Origin: a virus
DNA: 64,000 bases
Direction: 5' to 3' (one strand)
IMG/VR virus record: IMGVR_UViG_3300003322_000128
Span: 34,784-98,783 of that record
The number at the start of each line of letters is the position of its first letter. The stretch's first letter is position 1. A program made the translations under genes and the position numbers. Under the pieces are notes generated by a model, which worked only from the letters and a program-made list of their open reading frames with translations, was not told where the DNA came from and made no database searches. This document shows, in pieces, positions 46,001 to 55,089 of the stretch.

Positions 46001-46485
46001 TCATTAATCCTCAGTCTACTTATACTGGAAACTTCCTTAGATTCCAGAATGATGGAACGGATGTATTTTCACTCTCTATTGATGGTGTAATTACAAATTA
46101 TTCGCAAAATGCATTTGGAACATATACTCCTTCTATTACTGGAGGAGGAACAGTTACATGGTCATCTTTGACTGGTTGGTACCAAAGGATTGGTAAGATG
46201 GTTTACGTAAATATCTGGGCGGTGGCCAGCGCTGCTGGTTCAGGAAGTTCGACCTTGAGTGTAACTACACCAACAAGCGTAGAGCGTACTAATCAGCAAG
46301 TTCTGGTTGGTCATATTGCAGGTTCTTCAGCAATTAACGGAACAGTTGCAGCGGTTGCCCTGACTTCAGGTTCTGGAACTACAGTTGACCGTATCAGAAC
46401 AAATGCGGGTGCTAACATTACTGGTTCTCAAATTAACGCTTCGGGATGGTCGATGAATCTTCAGGGTTGGTATCGAGAAGCGTGA
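43075..46485 (+). CDS. Tail fibre/receptor-binding protein with FN3 repeats and carbohydrate-binding-like module
   Basis: Repeated PAAPT...W...Y.V FN3 units; YIFSVW...DGLQLE. Confidence 0.85.
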   Translation: MTRILLRDLEPGRLYRIQARANNGDDTSQWSQLWDLQTTSDIMPPAAPTSLSWTVEGTAFKAVWTGPTTNQDGSTLKDFKDFQVKVFSPAAPSTIATYYTPAARFDFPFEMNVNALGTPRAQVTIEVRARDNSGNLSSAATSTVSNPAPANVTGFTATGVTDSIALSWNQNTDTDLKYYQVYQGTALGAENTLVYTGLGNSYKFDTLSTNPQYFKIYAVDVFNTQSATAAQANATARSSIGVDVTPPAAPTGVTVSSALDTSDASGGRAYIDVSWTGVADTDLQNYSVRYSTGTTWEYTNVPDGVTNARINGLRPGTAYNVAVAAVDFQGNSSAYTNAGTYPITTTSDTTAPAAPTGVTVGAGVTTMTVFWNENTENDVKNGIGFYEVQLDTVNTFNSGNLITKRVTATITSFSNLTSNTTYYTRVRAYDASANASSYSSIVSGTPRYVANADIQAGTINGDRITAATINGDRVIANSLDANTIKANTTFSQNLTVGSTFTIGTSGIMQSANYSAGVAGWQLTNSTLEINQGTIRAAALLLQNGHNMLHPAYADWEFLSTWYSGKLETVTPSGTLTATIVDSVTQAPKFGGQCLRVVRSGGSAGDDSDVWLGASSTSYNVAVEQNTTYIFSVWIFNASGSGAKNVQLKLRSSDGTYRSFDSMSSRAANGAWTRYSGTLTTGTYNAITIGLSTETDGTLYFDGLQLEPQLTSSTSPSPWKPPSQTTIDGGIIRTGSILSTASANGLAGQPAWSINVSGAAQFGDATIRGRLVVGDPSNPSADGVNSKIMSSNYSAGSAGWVIRNDGFAEFNNVTIRGGTVVSGTGLYYNGTPAAGNLLFAIAAASGTDSFGNTYPRGVSAGVSTGPQVIMNTNSGAGFIQFPTHRSIENVAGRILVGVVNSGAVNEYASLQLLGPTVTGATDSASLLLASQNNDGSSNANATIATGTSNVTIDKDLVRLVGNRLQISPTPSSSSVIFINPQSTYTGNFLRFQNDGTDVFSLSIDGVITNYSQNAFGTYTPSITGGGTVTWSSLTGWYQRIGKMVYVNIWAVASAAGSGSSTLSVTTPTSVERTNQQVLVGHIAGSSAINGTVAAVALTSGSGTTVDRIRTNAGANITGSQINASGWSMNLQGWYREA

Positions 46486-46557
46486 CAATTTGATAACGCA
46501 GTCTTGACAACCCTCCGAAATCATGATTATAATATACAAAGGTAGAAAGAAAAGGTT

Positions 46558-46749
46558 ATGGATAATAGTAAGAGACTAGAACTAATTATTACTGCTCTAA
46601 AAGAGAGTCTAGCACAAAAGGTTACTAGCTATGAAGAGCAGCTAGCATTGATTCGGGCGGATGCTACAATGATTGTAGAAGAGAACAATTTGAGAATTGC
46701 AGAACTGGAAAAGAGGCTAGCAGAGCTAGAAGGTGGAGATGTTTCGTAA
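46558..46749 (+). CDS. Small coiled-coil protein
   Basis: ORF with own promoter and SD. Confidence 0.75.
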   Translation: MDNSKRLELIITALKESLAQKVTSYEEQLALIRADATMIVEENNLRIAELEKRLAELEGGDVS

Positions 46750-47137
46750 GAAGAGTGAGCAGCGCCCGATTCCTACAACAAGAACAGAATATCCATACGG
46801 GGTGTTTCTTTGTACAGAATCCGGATTCTTTCTTGTAAGAGATAAGTGCAGATTCAAGATTAAGTCTCAAAGAGCGATGGCTAGCTGGTCGGCACCTGTG
46901 CTACAATCTTCAGAGAACGCTGTGAAACACCTCCCAATTTTGGGAACTGTTGGATTTAGGGACGGGTCTCTTGTAAGAAACTTTGCTGATGGCAAAGTTT
47001 ATCTTATCTCAAAGAATCTGAAAAGGCACATTCAATCTCCGGATGTGTTTGACAAGTTTGGCTTGAACAAGAATCTTATCATTGATGCTTCTCTTGAAGA
47101 GGTAAATATTCATGAGGATGGGGAGGTGTTGAGCTAA
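46739..47137 (+). CDS. Hypothetical protein
   Basis: ORF, coupled. Confidence 0.75.
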   Translation: MFRKKSEQRPIPTTRTEYPYGVFLCTESGFFLVRDKCRFKIKSQRAMASWSAPVLQSSENAVKHLPILGTVGFRDGSLVRNFADGKVYLISKNLKRHIQSPDVFDKFGLNKNLIIDASLEEVNIHEDGEVLS

Positions 47138-47578
47138 TTGTCCGTTTCATCATTTAAAGATGTTAATTGGGGTTCCAATGAGTATCTAGCAAGTGACAAG
47201 TTGAATACAATGGTATCAAATACAAGATACCTGTTTGAAAGGGCTCCAAAACTTTATTATAATTCATATTCAACAAAGAAAGATACTGGAATTAAAATTG
47301 CTTGCGGAACCGCAACAATTGCGCCGGGTAAGGTACATTACTATACAAAGACAATCAACTTTGGTTCGTTCTTTACTGTAGGTTCTAAGCCGGTAATTGT
47401 TACTAGCGTTACCTCTCCATATAATAGAAGAATGATTCTTTCTCATTGGGGAATTCAGGGAACTGGTTATGTTCCAGACCATAGAGGCTTTGTTGTTTGT
47501 GCAGCAACGGCTACAGTTGAGAAGTCGCATGTTTTGTCTAAGCAGATTTATGTGAATTGGCTAGCAATGGGATACTGA
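47138..47578 (+). CDS. Probable minor tail/fibre-associated protein
   Basis: LASDKLN; C-terminal VNWLAMGY; GGGAGG SD. Confidence 0.7.
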   Translation: MSVSSFKDVNWGSNEYLASDKLNTMVSNTRYLFERAPKLYYNSYSTKKDTGIKIACGTATIAPGKVHYYTKTINFGSFFTVGSKPVIVTSVTSPYNRRMILSHWGIQGTGYVPDHRGFVVCAATATVEKSHVLSKQIYVNWLAMGY

Positions 47579-47597
47579 TATAAACTGGAAAGGGGAC

Positions 47598-47885
47598 GTG
47601 TCTGTGAAATATTCACCACTTCAGAAGTGGTATAGACGCGACCGTCGCCTAAACTCTAACGGATATGTTCTGGTTTGGGTTCCAGAGCATCCAAAGAGTT
47701 TTGCGGGCGGATGGTACTATGAACATAGGCTTGAGGCAGAGAGGAGTGTGGGAAGAATTCTCAAATCATGGGAAACCGTGCACCATATCTCTGGAGACAA
47801 GACGGATAATTCATGGTGGAACCTGTTCGTTTGCACCAGGAAAGAGCACGATAACGCTGAACGGTTGACACCGCAAATTGCGTGA
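47598..47885 (+). CDS. HNH endonuclease
   Basis: YYEHRL...ETVHHISGDKTDN...NL....EH. Confidence 0.88.
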   Translation: MSVKYSPLQKWYRRDRRLNSNGYVLVWVPEHPKSFAGGWYYEHRLEAERSVGRILKSWETVHHISGDKTDNSWWNLFVCTRKEHDNAERLTPQIA

Positions 47886-47951
47886 GCTACAATAAGATGT
47901 ACGTTGAACGGGGCTGGGTAACTGGTCCCGTTCTTTTTGATAGGAGAGTAT

Positions 47952-48767
47952 ATGAAGTGGGCTTTTGTAGGAGATTTGCAAGCACCATATCATGACAAGA
48001 GGGCGGTGGACCTTTTCTTCAAGGCGATGAAATGGTGGAAGCCCGATGCGATGGATTTCCTTGGTGACATTGATGACCAGCTAGAGTATAGTCGGTTTTC
48101 TGATGGAACTACTGACGAATTCTTCAGTCAGCTAAAGAAGGAAAAGAAGATTGAGGAAGAGACTGATGAGCAGTTTCGCGGCCGGGTTTCCCCTCTTCCA
48201 TTTGTAAAGAAAAATGCAGAGGTGGCAAAGGAGTTCTATTCGTTTGCTAGACTTCAGCATAAGGATGCAGACATGCATGCTAGTTTGGGAAATCATGATA
48301 TCCGTGCCAAGGGATATATGGATAAGAAGTTTCCTGAGTACGTTGATGAAGTAACCCCAAACATGCTGTGGTCATTGGATGACCTAGGAATTGCATGGAG
48401 GCCATACGAATTGCCGCCAGTGGAAAGATTCGGCGGGATTTATGTCCATCATGGTAATACAACAACCACAACAGGTCTAGCAGTAAAGAGTGACATTGAG
48501 AACTACAATATCTCTTTGGCTCGTGGTCATGACCATCGCGGTGGTGTAGTATACAAGTCTTATCCAATGACAGGGACCACATTGGTTGGTCTAGGCACTG
48601 GTCATATGTGTGACCCAAGTGCATATGGATTGCGTTATACAACGAATCCATCCTGGGAATTGGGATTTGGAATTGGGCATGTTATTGATAATGTTCCATT
48701 TCTTCAATTCATTCCAATTTCTCCAGAATATGTTATTGTTCTGGACGGGAAGGTTTTCAAGGGATGA
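47952..48767 (+). CDS. Calcineurin-like metallophosphoesterase
   Basis: GDLQ, GDIDD, GNHD, HHG, GHDH. Confidence 0.88.
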   Translation: MKWAFVGDLQAPYHDKRAVDLFFKAMKWWKPDAMDFLGDIDDQLEYSRFSDGTTDEFFSQLKKEKKIEEETDEQFRGRVSPLPFVKKNAEVAKEFYSFARLQHKDADMHASLGNHDIRAKGYMDKKFPEYVDEVTPNMLWSLDDLGIAWRPYELPPVERFGGIYVHHGNTTTTTGLAVKSDIENYNISLARGHDHRGGVVYKSYPMTGTTLVGLGTGHMCDPSAYGLRYTTNPSWELGFGIGHVIDNVPFLQFIPISPEYVIVLDGKVFKG

Positions 48768-48831
48768 TTGCCCTTGAACGTGCGCTCTGCTATAATGGGC
48801 GTAGATAAAAAGTAAAGGAGGTATAACCTAT

Positions 48832-49176
48832 ATGGCTTATGCCAAGTCTCTACTAGCAGTTCTTGTTACTGCTATTACAGCTATTGTTGCTGCACTTACT
48901 GATAACGTTATTACAAACGTTGAGTGGATTAATGTTGGTATTGCTGCTGCTGGTGCTGCTGCTGTTTTTGCTGCACCTAATGTTCCTGGTGCACGTTACA
49001 CAAAGGCGGTTCTCGCAGTAATCACCGCAGTTCTTACATTCTTCGTTACTGCTGTAACTGACGGAATTTCAGCGGCTGAGTGGATGCAGGTACTTGTTAT
49101 TGCTGCTGGTGCTATTGGCGTCTATGCAGTTCCAAACAAGCCTTCGACCACGATTGGTCAGCCTGGTGTACTGTAA
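48832..49176 (+). CDS. Holin-like membrane protein with internal duplication
   Basis: Two repeats of Y.K..LAV...TD..I...EW...A.GA..V.A.PN. Confidence 0.75.
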   Translation: MAYAKSLLAVLVTAITAIVAALTDNVITNVEWINVGIAAAGAAAVFAAPNVPGARYTKAVLAVITAVLTFFVTAVTDGISAAEWMQVLVIAAGAIGVYAVPNKPSTTIGQPGVL

Positions 49177-49357
49177 GAAGTGTGGCGGTCGAGTAATGTT
49201 CGACCGAGTGTTTTCGGAAAAGAAGCACGTAGAGCTGTTTTGCATTCTCTGTGGAAACAGATGGATGCTTGATAAGACTAAGAATAGGTTTGCTGCATGG
49301 CTATGGAAAATGGAACAAAGCCACGCCAACGCCGCAATCGCAAGTCTGCCAGACTGA
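49166..49357 (+). CDS. Zinc-ribbon protein
   Basis: CKKCGG...FCILCG. Confidence 0.7.
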   Translation: MYCKKCGGRVMFDRVFSEKKHVELFCILCGNRWMLDKTKNRFAAWLWKMEQSHANAAIASLPD

Positions 49358-49833
49358 GATATTTCTTCCTGAATGGAGACTTGCACAAGGTCCTGAGTGT
49401 TACACGTGCTCAGGACCTTGTCGTTTGTTGGAATTATCCACAGGAGAAGCGGGTTGGATATGTGTGGTCAGATGTCAAGAAGAGGCATCAAAAAGCGTTT
49501 AAAATGCAAGAGGTATCTAAGATGATTGGCCGCCATCGCACAAATATTGAACGCGATATTTTGGCGGGTAACATTAAGGCACCTCAGCGTTCTTATGTAC
49601 TTGCAAATAGAAGGCCATTGTATTATTTCTTTAGTGAAGAAAATGTATTTGACCTTCATGACTATCTTTTGACAGTTCACGTCGGAAGACCTAGAAGTGA
49701 TGGTAAGATTACCCCAAGAACAACATTGCCATCAAAGGCCGAACTAAGAGCCATGATGAAGCATGATGTTGTGACCTATGTAAAAACTGAGCAAGGAGAG
49801 TTTGTTCCGGTTTGGAAGGAGCAGGATTGGTAA
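49297..49833 (+). CDS. Probable HTH DNA-binding protein
   Basis: FKMQEVSKMIGRHRTNIER helix-turn-helix-like segment. Confidence 0.7.
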   Translation: MAMENGTKPRQRRNRKSARLRYFFLNGDLHKVLSVTRAQDLVVCWNYPQEKRVGYVWSDVKKRHQKAFKMQEVSKMIGRHRTNIERDILAGNIKAPQRSYVLANRRPLYYFFSEENVFDLHDYLLTVHVGRPRSDGKITPRTTLPSKAELRAMMKHDVVTYVKTEQGEFVPVWKEQDW

Positions 49834-50132
49834 GAGTCAAGCCCGTTACGTATGAGCCCTTTGGTAATGAACTAAGTGCTAATGTGGCACTTGTTCAGGC
49901 TGCATCTACTCTTGACGCAGCCGCATATCTAGCGGTAGAATCGAAGAATGTAAGTAAGTTGCTGGACATTGCCGCCATGTGGATGGGGTTGGCTGAGCGT
50001 CTGACTATTGAGGTTGATGAAGAGGAAGACGATGAAGATGAGCCAACAGATAAGAAGGCGTTTGGATTTGGCAATGGACATATTTCACAAGTTGATGAGC
50101 CTACAAAGGAGGTAATTGCAGAAGATGCATGA
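49827..50132 (+). CDS. Hypothetical protein
   Basis: AAGGAG SD before TTG; acidic tract. Confidence 0.7.
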   Translation: MVRVKPVTYEPFGNELSANVALVQAASTLDAAAYLAVESKNVSKLLDIAAMWMGLAERLTIEVDEEEDDEDEPTDKKAFGFGNGHISQVDEPTKEVIAEDA

Positions 50133-50355
50133 AATTGAAAAGCCGGGCCACCGAGTAAAGGTGAGCCTTGGATACACTCGTAATATGCAGAACTATGAGT
50201 CTCTTCGTGTAGACATTGGCCTTGAGGCCGATGGTACAGGAAACCCTAACGACACATTTGATAAGGTCTACAGCTTTGTTGAGCGAAAGTTGCTTGAGAA
50301 GGTTGAAGAGGTTGAGGCAGAAATCCGGGGTGTGAAGGGAAAGTACGAGAACTGA
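50125..50355 (+). CDS. Hypothetical phage protein
   Basis: LGYTRNMQNYESLRVD; AAGGAGG SD. Confidence 0.75.
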   Translation: MHEIEKPGHRVKVSLGYTRNMQNYESLRVDIGLEADGTGNPNDTFDKVYSFVERKLLEKVEEVEAEIRGVKGKYEN

Positions 50356-50356
50356 T

Positions 50357-50701
50357 ATGACCACTGACGCGGTAATTAACAAGCAGGCTAATGGCCTTTA
50401 TACACTTTACCAGAAGAATTATACTGAAAAGTATGGGCGTGGTCCGAATGGTAATCGTTACCGCGCCAAGTGGGGTCTTCGGGATATGCTCGAAGATTAT
50501 ACGTATGACCAGTGCAAGGAAATTGTAGAGTATTACTTTAGAACTGGTAAGCAGGGTCATCCAATTGATTTTCTTCTGACGAATTATGACCGTGTGTTTG
50601 AATTCATGGTTGAGCGTAAGGAAGATGAACGAAAGCGTGAAGAGCTGCGTAAGCAGACTGAGCAAAATGTAAGGAAGTGGGAGTCTAAGAATGACGGCTG
50701 A
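50357..50701 (+). CDS. Hypothetical protein upstream of helicase (possible loader)
   Basis: ORF; position. Confidence 0.7.
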   Translation: MTTDAVINKQANGLYTLYQKNYTEKYGRGPNGNRYRAKWGLRDMLEDYTYDQCKEIVEYYFRTGKQGHPIDFLLTNYDRVFEFMVERKEDERKREELRKQTEQNVRKWESKNDG

Positions 50702-51908
50702 AGCAAATCTCATTAGCGCAGTCTGTGAGAACAAGGATATTTCTGTTCTTTATTCAGAAAACGTTGATGACCTATTCGTGTCTCATGGTGATGTCTGGGA
50801 TACAATCAAGGAATACTACACCAGATACAAGTCTGTACCAACACTAGAATTTCTTGAAAAGAAGCATAGTGAGTTTGAGCCGGAACGTGTTTCTGGTGCT
50901 ACTGAATACTATCTTGATGAATTGAAGAATGAGTATTTGAAGGCGCGCATTCAAAGCATCTCTTTGCGTGCTGCCAAGGAACTCAAGGCTGGCACTGCTC
51001 CAAGTGAAGTTCTCGACAAGACTAATGGGGCTCTGTCAAAGTTGGGGAAGTTTACGAATAATGTTCGAGATGTTGATGTGACTGATTTTGCAGCGGCGGA
51101 GGAGCATTTTGCGGCGGTTCGTGAACGCAGCAATGCGACTGGTAGCCCTGGCATCCCAACGACCTTCAAGTCTATTGACTCTGTCTATCCTACTGGAATG
51201 GCCCCTGGTCACCTTATTGTGGCTATCGGATGGCCTGGTAAGGGTAAGACATGGTTCACTTCCTATCTTGCCTGTAAGGCATGGGAGCAGGGTTTTAAGC
51301 CCATGATTGTCTCTCTTGAGATGTCTCCTGAGAATATGCGCGACCGTATCTACACAATGATGGGTTCTGGTCTGTTTAGAGCCTCGGATTTCGCCAAGGG
51401 AGACGTCAATATTGATGATTTCCACGCTTGGGGTAAAAGAAGGTTTGATAATCGCGGCGGTTTTGTGGTAGTATCAAATGAAGGACTATCGGATGTAACT
51501 CCGAATACAGTACAGGCTAAGATTGACCAGCATAAGCCAGACCTAGTGATTTGTGACTATCACCAGTTGTTCCAAAACAATGGTCGGTCTAATAGTCCTA
51601 CTGAGCGTGGTATGGCGGTTTCTCGTGAATTCAAGATGCTTGCGGTTACCAACAATATTCCGCTGATTGATATTACGGCTGCAACTCAGTCTGACCTTTC
51701 AGACCGTGACAATCCTCCGATGATGAGTCAGGTTGCTTGGTCAAAGGCAATCGAGTATGATGCTGACATGGCGTTCGCAGTTCATCGCAATGAGGATTCT
51801 GGCCTGGTTGAAATTGCCTGCCGAAAGAATCGTCATGGAAGTATGTTTGACTTCTACCTTGACTGGGACATTGACCGTGGTATCGTGAATGAGAAGTTCT
51901 CACTTTGA
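50691..51908 (+). CDS. dnaB: DnaB-like replicative helicase
   Basis: GWPGKGKT, SLEMS, ICDYHQL, IEYDAD, KNRHG. Confidence 0.93.
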   Translation: MTAEANLISAVCENKDISVLYSENVDDLFVSHGDVWDTIKEYYTRYKSVPTLEFLEKKHSEFEPERVSGATEYYLDELKNEYLKARIQSISLRAAKELKAGTAPSEVLDKTNGALSKLGKFTNNVRDVDVTDFAAAEEHFAAVRERSNATGSPGIPTTFKSIDSVYPTGMAPGHLIVAIGWPGKGKTWFTSYLACKAWEQGFKPMIVSLEMSPENMRDRIYTMMGSGLFRASDFAKGDVNIDDFHAWGKRRFDNRGGFVVVSNEGLSDVTPNTVQAKIDQHKPDLVICDYHQLFQNNGRSNSPTERGMAVSREFKMLAVTNNIPLIDITAATQSDLSDRDNPPMMSQVAWSKAIEYDADMAFAVHRNEDSGLVEIACRKNRHGSMFDFYLDWDIDRGIVNEKFSL

Positions 51909-51911
51909 TAC

Positions 51912-52232
51912 ATGCATAAGACAATTAAGCGTTTTGGAATGTCGGGCAAAATTGGTGACGATGCTGATTTTGCCCGGCTTCGCGCACAGTATGAGAATAT
52001 GATTCTCAACGATATGAGAGACCTTGGCTATGTTCCTGTTTTGGACCTTGGGCCATATTGGTCTACAGAATACGACAAGCCGGGAAACAATTATGAATTT
52101 GTTATCTCGGTTTATGGCGTTTATCTAGGAAGGAGGCGGTCGTGGGAAGTGGAAGGGATTTCAAATGGGAGGGAAATGTTGAGACCTACACCCCCAACCA
52201 AATCGAAGCCACCATCAGAGCCTGCGGGGTAG
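51912..52232 (+). CDS. Hypothetical protein
   Basis: ORF between helicase and primase. Confidence 0.75.
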   Translation: MHKTIKRFGMSGKIGDDADFARLRAQYENMILNDMRDLGYVPVLDLGPYWSTEYDKPGNNYEFVISVYGVYLGRRRSWEVEGISNGREMLRPTPPTKSKPPSEPAG

Positions 52233-53239
52233 ATGTTGAGGGCGAAACAACGAATGACTTTCTATGCTTCTGCCCCTTTCACGGAAACAGATTCACTCCA
52301 TCATTCAGTGTATCTAGAACAAGTGGAAAGTACATCTGCTTCAATCACTCTTGCGGTGTTTCAGGTACTCTGGTAGACTTGGTGAAGAAAATCCCAATGA
52401 GGGATGGTACTCACAGGAATGAATTCGCTGCTCGTAGACTCATCATTAAGAAGGGTTCAGAAACCGAACAGGCGTTTGAAGACCAGCTAGCGAAGGAATT
52501 CGAACCAGAAGTAGATTTTATTGAATTTCCTCAAAATGTACTTGACAGAATGTATGATGACTTCTGGAGGAATCCAGAGGCAGTTCGATACATGGTTGAA
52601 GAGCGAGGATTTGAGGAGGAAATTCTAGACTTCTTTAGAATTGGATATTCTTCAAAGAAAGATATCATTGCAGTCCCTATGCACAATGGAAAGGGACTGC
52701 CTGTAGGTGTTATTGGCAGACCAGCCGATACGGAAAACAAGTTCTTTAAGAATTCCCGTGGGCTGCCAACGAGTAAGACTCTTTGGAATATGCATCGTGC
52801 AAAGAAGCATGGCGATACGGTAATTATTTGTGAAGCATCTTTTGATGCCATGAGGATTCACCAGGCTGGATATCCCAACGTGGTTGCCTGTCTTGGCGGA
52901 AACTTTAGTCCGTATCATTTTGACCAGTTGAGTAAGAACTTCAGCCGGATTATCATCATGACTGACTTTGACAGAAGAGAGAAGCATATCTACAAGAACT
53001 GTCGTAAATGTAAGAAGATTGGCCTAAATTTGTGTAAGGGCCATAATCCAGGGCGTGACCTTGGTGCAACAATTGCGGCGGGTCTGCATACAAAGGAAAT
53101 CCTTTGGTCTTCATATGCAGATAAGATGATTTACCCCCATGATGCGAAAGATGCTGGCGATATGACAGATGATGAAATTCGTCAGTGCCTCAGAAATGCA
53201 GTGACTAACTTTGAATATGAAAGTTGGGGATTGTACTGA
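52142..53239 (+). CDS. dnaG: DNA primase (CHC2 zinc finger + TOPRIM)
   Basis: CPFH...PSF...C...C; ICEASFDA; TDFD; KDAGD. Confidence 0.92.
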   Translation: MGSGRDFKWEGNVETYTPNQIEATIRACGVDVEGETTNDFLCFCPFHGNRFTPSFSVSRTSGKYICFNHSCGVSGTLVDLVKKIPMRDGTHRNEFAARRLIIKKGSETEQAFEDQLAKEFEPEVDFIEFPQNVLDRMYDDFWRNPEAVRYMVEERGFEEEILDFFRIGYSSKKDIIAVPMHNGKGLPVGVIGRPADTENKFFKNSRGLPTSKTLWNMHRAKKHGDTVIICEASFDAMRIHQAGYPNVVACLGGNFSPYHFDQLSKNFSRIIIMTDFDRREKHIYKNCRKCKKIGLNLCKGHNPGRDLGATIAAGLHTKEILWSSYADKMIYPHDAKDAGDMTDDEIRQCLRNAVTNFEYESWGLY

Positions 53240-53345
53240 GAATGCCGGGTTCGCCCGGCAAGCTTGTGCCACATCGTGACAGATGGTACAATAGTAGAAG
53301 AAGCCTCATTGAAGGCTCAATTATACTAGGAGATTATTAAACAAA

Positions 53346-54047
53346 ATGGCAAAGATGATTAAGGGCCTCGCAGGAATTAAGGCTAATCAGCAGGCTCAGC
53401 AGGAGCGCGCTGAGGCTGGCAACCGTCCAAAGGCGGAGTGGTTCAAGTTTCCAAAGGGTGTTGCGAATGTAACCGTTCGATTCCTTCAGGAGCTTGACCC
53501 TCAGATGAACAACTATAAGGAAGAGCGCGGCGTCGGATTCATCGCAACTGAGCACAATGCCCCTGGCCCTGATGGCTGGAAGCGTCGTGGACTTTGTACC
53601 ATTGACGATGGCGAGTGCTATGCTTGTGAGCGTCACAAGATGAACTACAAGGAAGGATGGCGACAGAAGCAGAACCTTTACATCAATGTTCTTGCCAACA
53701 TTGGTGATGGTGAAAAGGTCTATGTGCTTACTCGTAACGCCAATTCTGCATTTACTCAGGCTCTTATTGAAGAGGCTGTTGATGAGGGAAGCATCACGAA
53801 TGCAAACTACCGAATCACTAAGACTGGTGAGGGAACTACTACTCAGTGGCTTTTGAAGCGTCTTAAGGATGAGCCTCTTGATGACAGTAATGTTGAGGTA
53901 TTTGACCTTGACAAGACTGCTGTTCGTGAGGTTGAGTATGAGAAGCAGCACGAATACTATGGTGCGGTTTACCAGGATGAGTCTACTCCTGTTCAGGTTT
54001 CTGACCGTAAGCCTTCCCCTCAGGCTGCCGCTGATGATGAGTGGTGA
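53346..54047 (+). CDS. Probable single-stranded DNA-binding protein
   Basis: VRFL, C...CYAC, YRITKTGEG, acidic-aromatic C-terminus ADDEW. Confidence 0.75.
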   Translation: MAKMIKGLAGIKANQQAQQERAEAGNRPKAEWFKFPKGVANVTVRFLQELDPQMNNYKEERGVGFIATEHNAPGPDGWKRRGLCTIDDGECYACERHKMNYKEGWRQKQNLYINVLANIGDGEKVYVLTRNANSAFTQALIEEAVDEGSITNANYRITKTGEGTTTQWLLKRLKDEPLDDSNVEVFDLDKTAVREVEYEKQHEYYGAVYQDESTPVQVSDRKPSPQAAADDEW

Positions 54048-54063
54048 CATGACTTTGTGAAGA

Positions 54064-54093
54064 GACCCCGCCTTGAAAAGGGCGGGGTTCTTT
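54064..54093 (+). terminator. Terminator (CCCCGCC family) overlapping the next promoter
   Basis: ACCCCGCC-loop-GGCGGGGT-TCTTT with TTGAAA -35 in the loop. Confidence 0.8.
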
Positions 54094-54108
54094 GCTATAG
54101 TGAAGCTT

Positions 54109-54408
54109 ATGAGTTTTGAACTGACAGAGGACTATAAGAAATACATTAAGAGTCCCCAATGGAAAGCAAAGTGTGCTCGGTACTGGGCTCTGTATGGCAG
54201 GAAGTGTCAAGCATGCGGCTCCAGAAAAAATCTACACGTCCATCATAATACCTATGATAGATTCAAGCGTGAGATTATGTCAGACCTCACAGGTGTTTGT
54301 CATGACTGTCATAGACGCATTCATCAGCAACACCGCGCAAATCGGCGGGTTAGTCTGAAGCTTGTTACATACAACTTTGTAAAAGCAATGCGTAATAAAA
54401 GACTATGA
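54109..54408 (+). CDS. HNH endonuclease
   Basis: CQACG...LHVHH...CHDCHRRIH. Confidence 0.88.
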   Translation: MSFELTEDYKKYIKSPQWKAKCARYWALYGRKCQACGSRKNLHVHHNTYDRFKREIMSDLTGVCHDCHRRIHQQHRANRRVSLKLVTYNFVKAMRNKRL

Positions 54409-54456
54409 CCTTACACAGAACTTGACTATCACGATTAATCGTGATACGATATTTCT

Positions 54457-55089
54457 ATGTATATTAACGAAGCATGGCTAGCAGGATTTATAGAGGGCGA
54501 TGGATGCTTTTCTGTTAATTCTCAACAGGGCGGACGATACGTTTACCCAAAGATTGAGATTCATCAAAAGAATACAGAGCCGCTGAAGGCAGTAAGAGAC
54601 CAATTTGGATTTGGATTTTCTCCGGGAGGAAAGATTCCTCGGGTTCAGATTGTCGGAAGACCAGCGCAGGCGGTTTTTGATAAAATTTCTCCGTATCTTT
54701 CGTCAAAAAGAATCGAACAGGCCGAAACAAAAGGTTTTATTTTCAATGGCGTAAGAAAACCACACAACCGTTCGTGGTTTGCCGGATATTATGAAGCTGA
54801 GGGATGTATTTATACAAAAACAAATGGTCAGACTAAAAGAGACGGTTCTAAAACTTTGTTTGTTGCTATGACAATTTCTCAGTATTACTCGGATGAAACA
54901 AGTAGGTTCTGCAAAAATGCACTCGGCTTCGGACGGGTGGCAGGACCATATATGGCTAAGGGAGAGAGAAGAGCTTACTCATTCAATCTCTCTGGTCGAC
55001 AAGCAATCCAGACCGTTGAGTCTATTCAAAATATGCTCTCCGAAGAGAAGCGTCACCAATTGAAAGAGGTAAAGAATGCCGTATTGTGA
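54457..55089 (+). CDS. Free-standing two-motif LAGLIDADG homing endonuclease
   Basis: WLAGFIEGDG and WFAGYYEAEG. Confidence 0.9.
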   Translation: MYINEAWLAGFIEGDGCFSVNSQQGGRYVYPKIEIHQKNTEPLKAVRDQFGFGFSPGGKIPRVQIVGRPAQAVFDKISPYLSSKRIEQAETKGFIFNGVRKPHNRSWFAGYYEAEGCIYTKTNGQTKRDGSKTLFVAMTISQYYSDETSRFCKNALGFGRVAGPYMAKGERRAYSFNLSGRQAIQTVESIQNMLSEEKRHQLKEVKNAVL

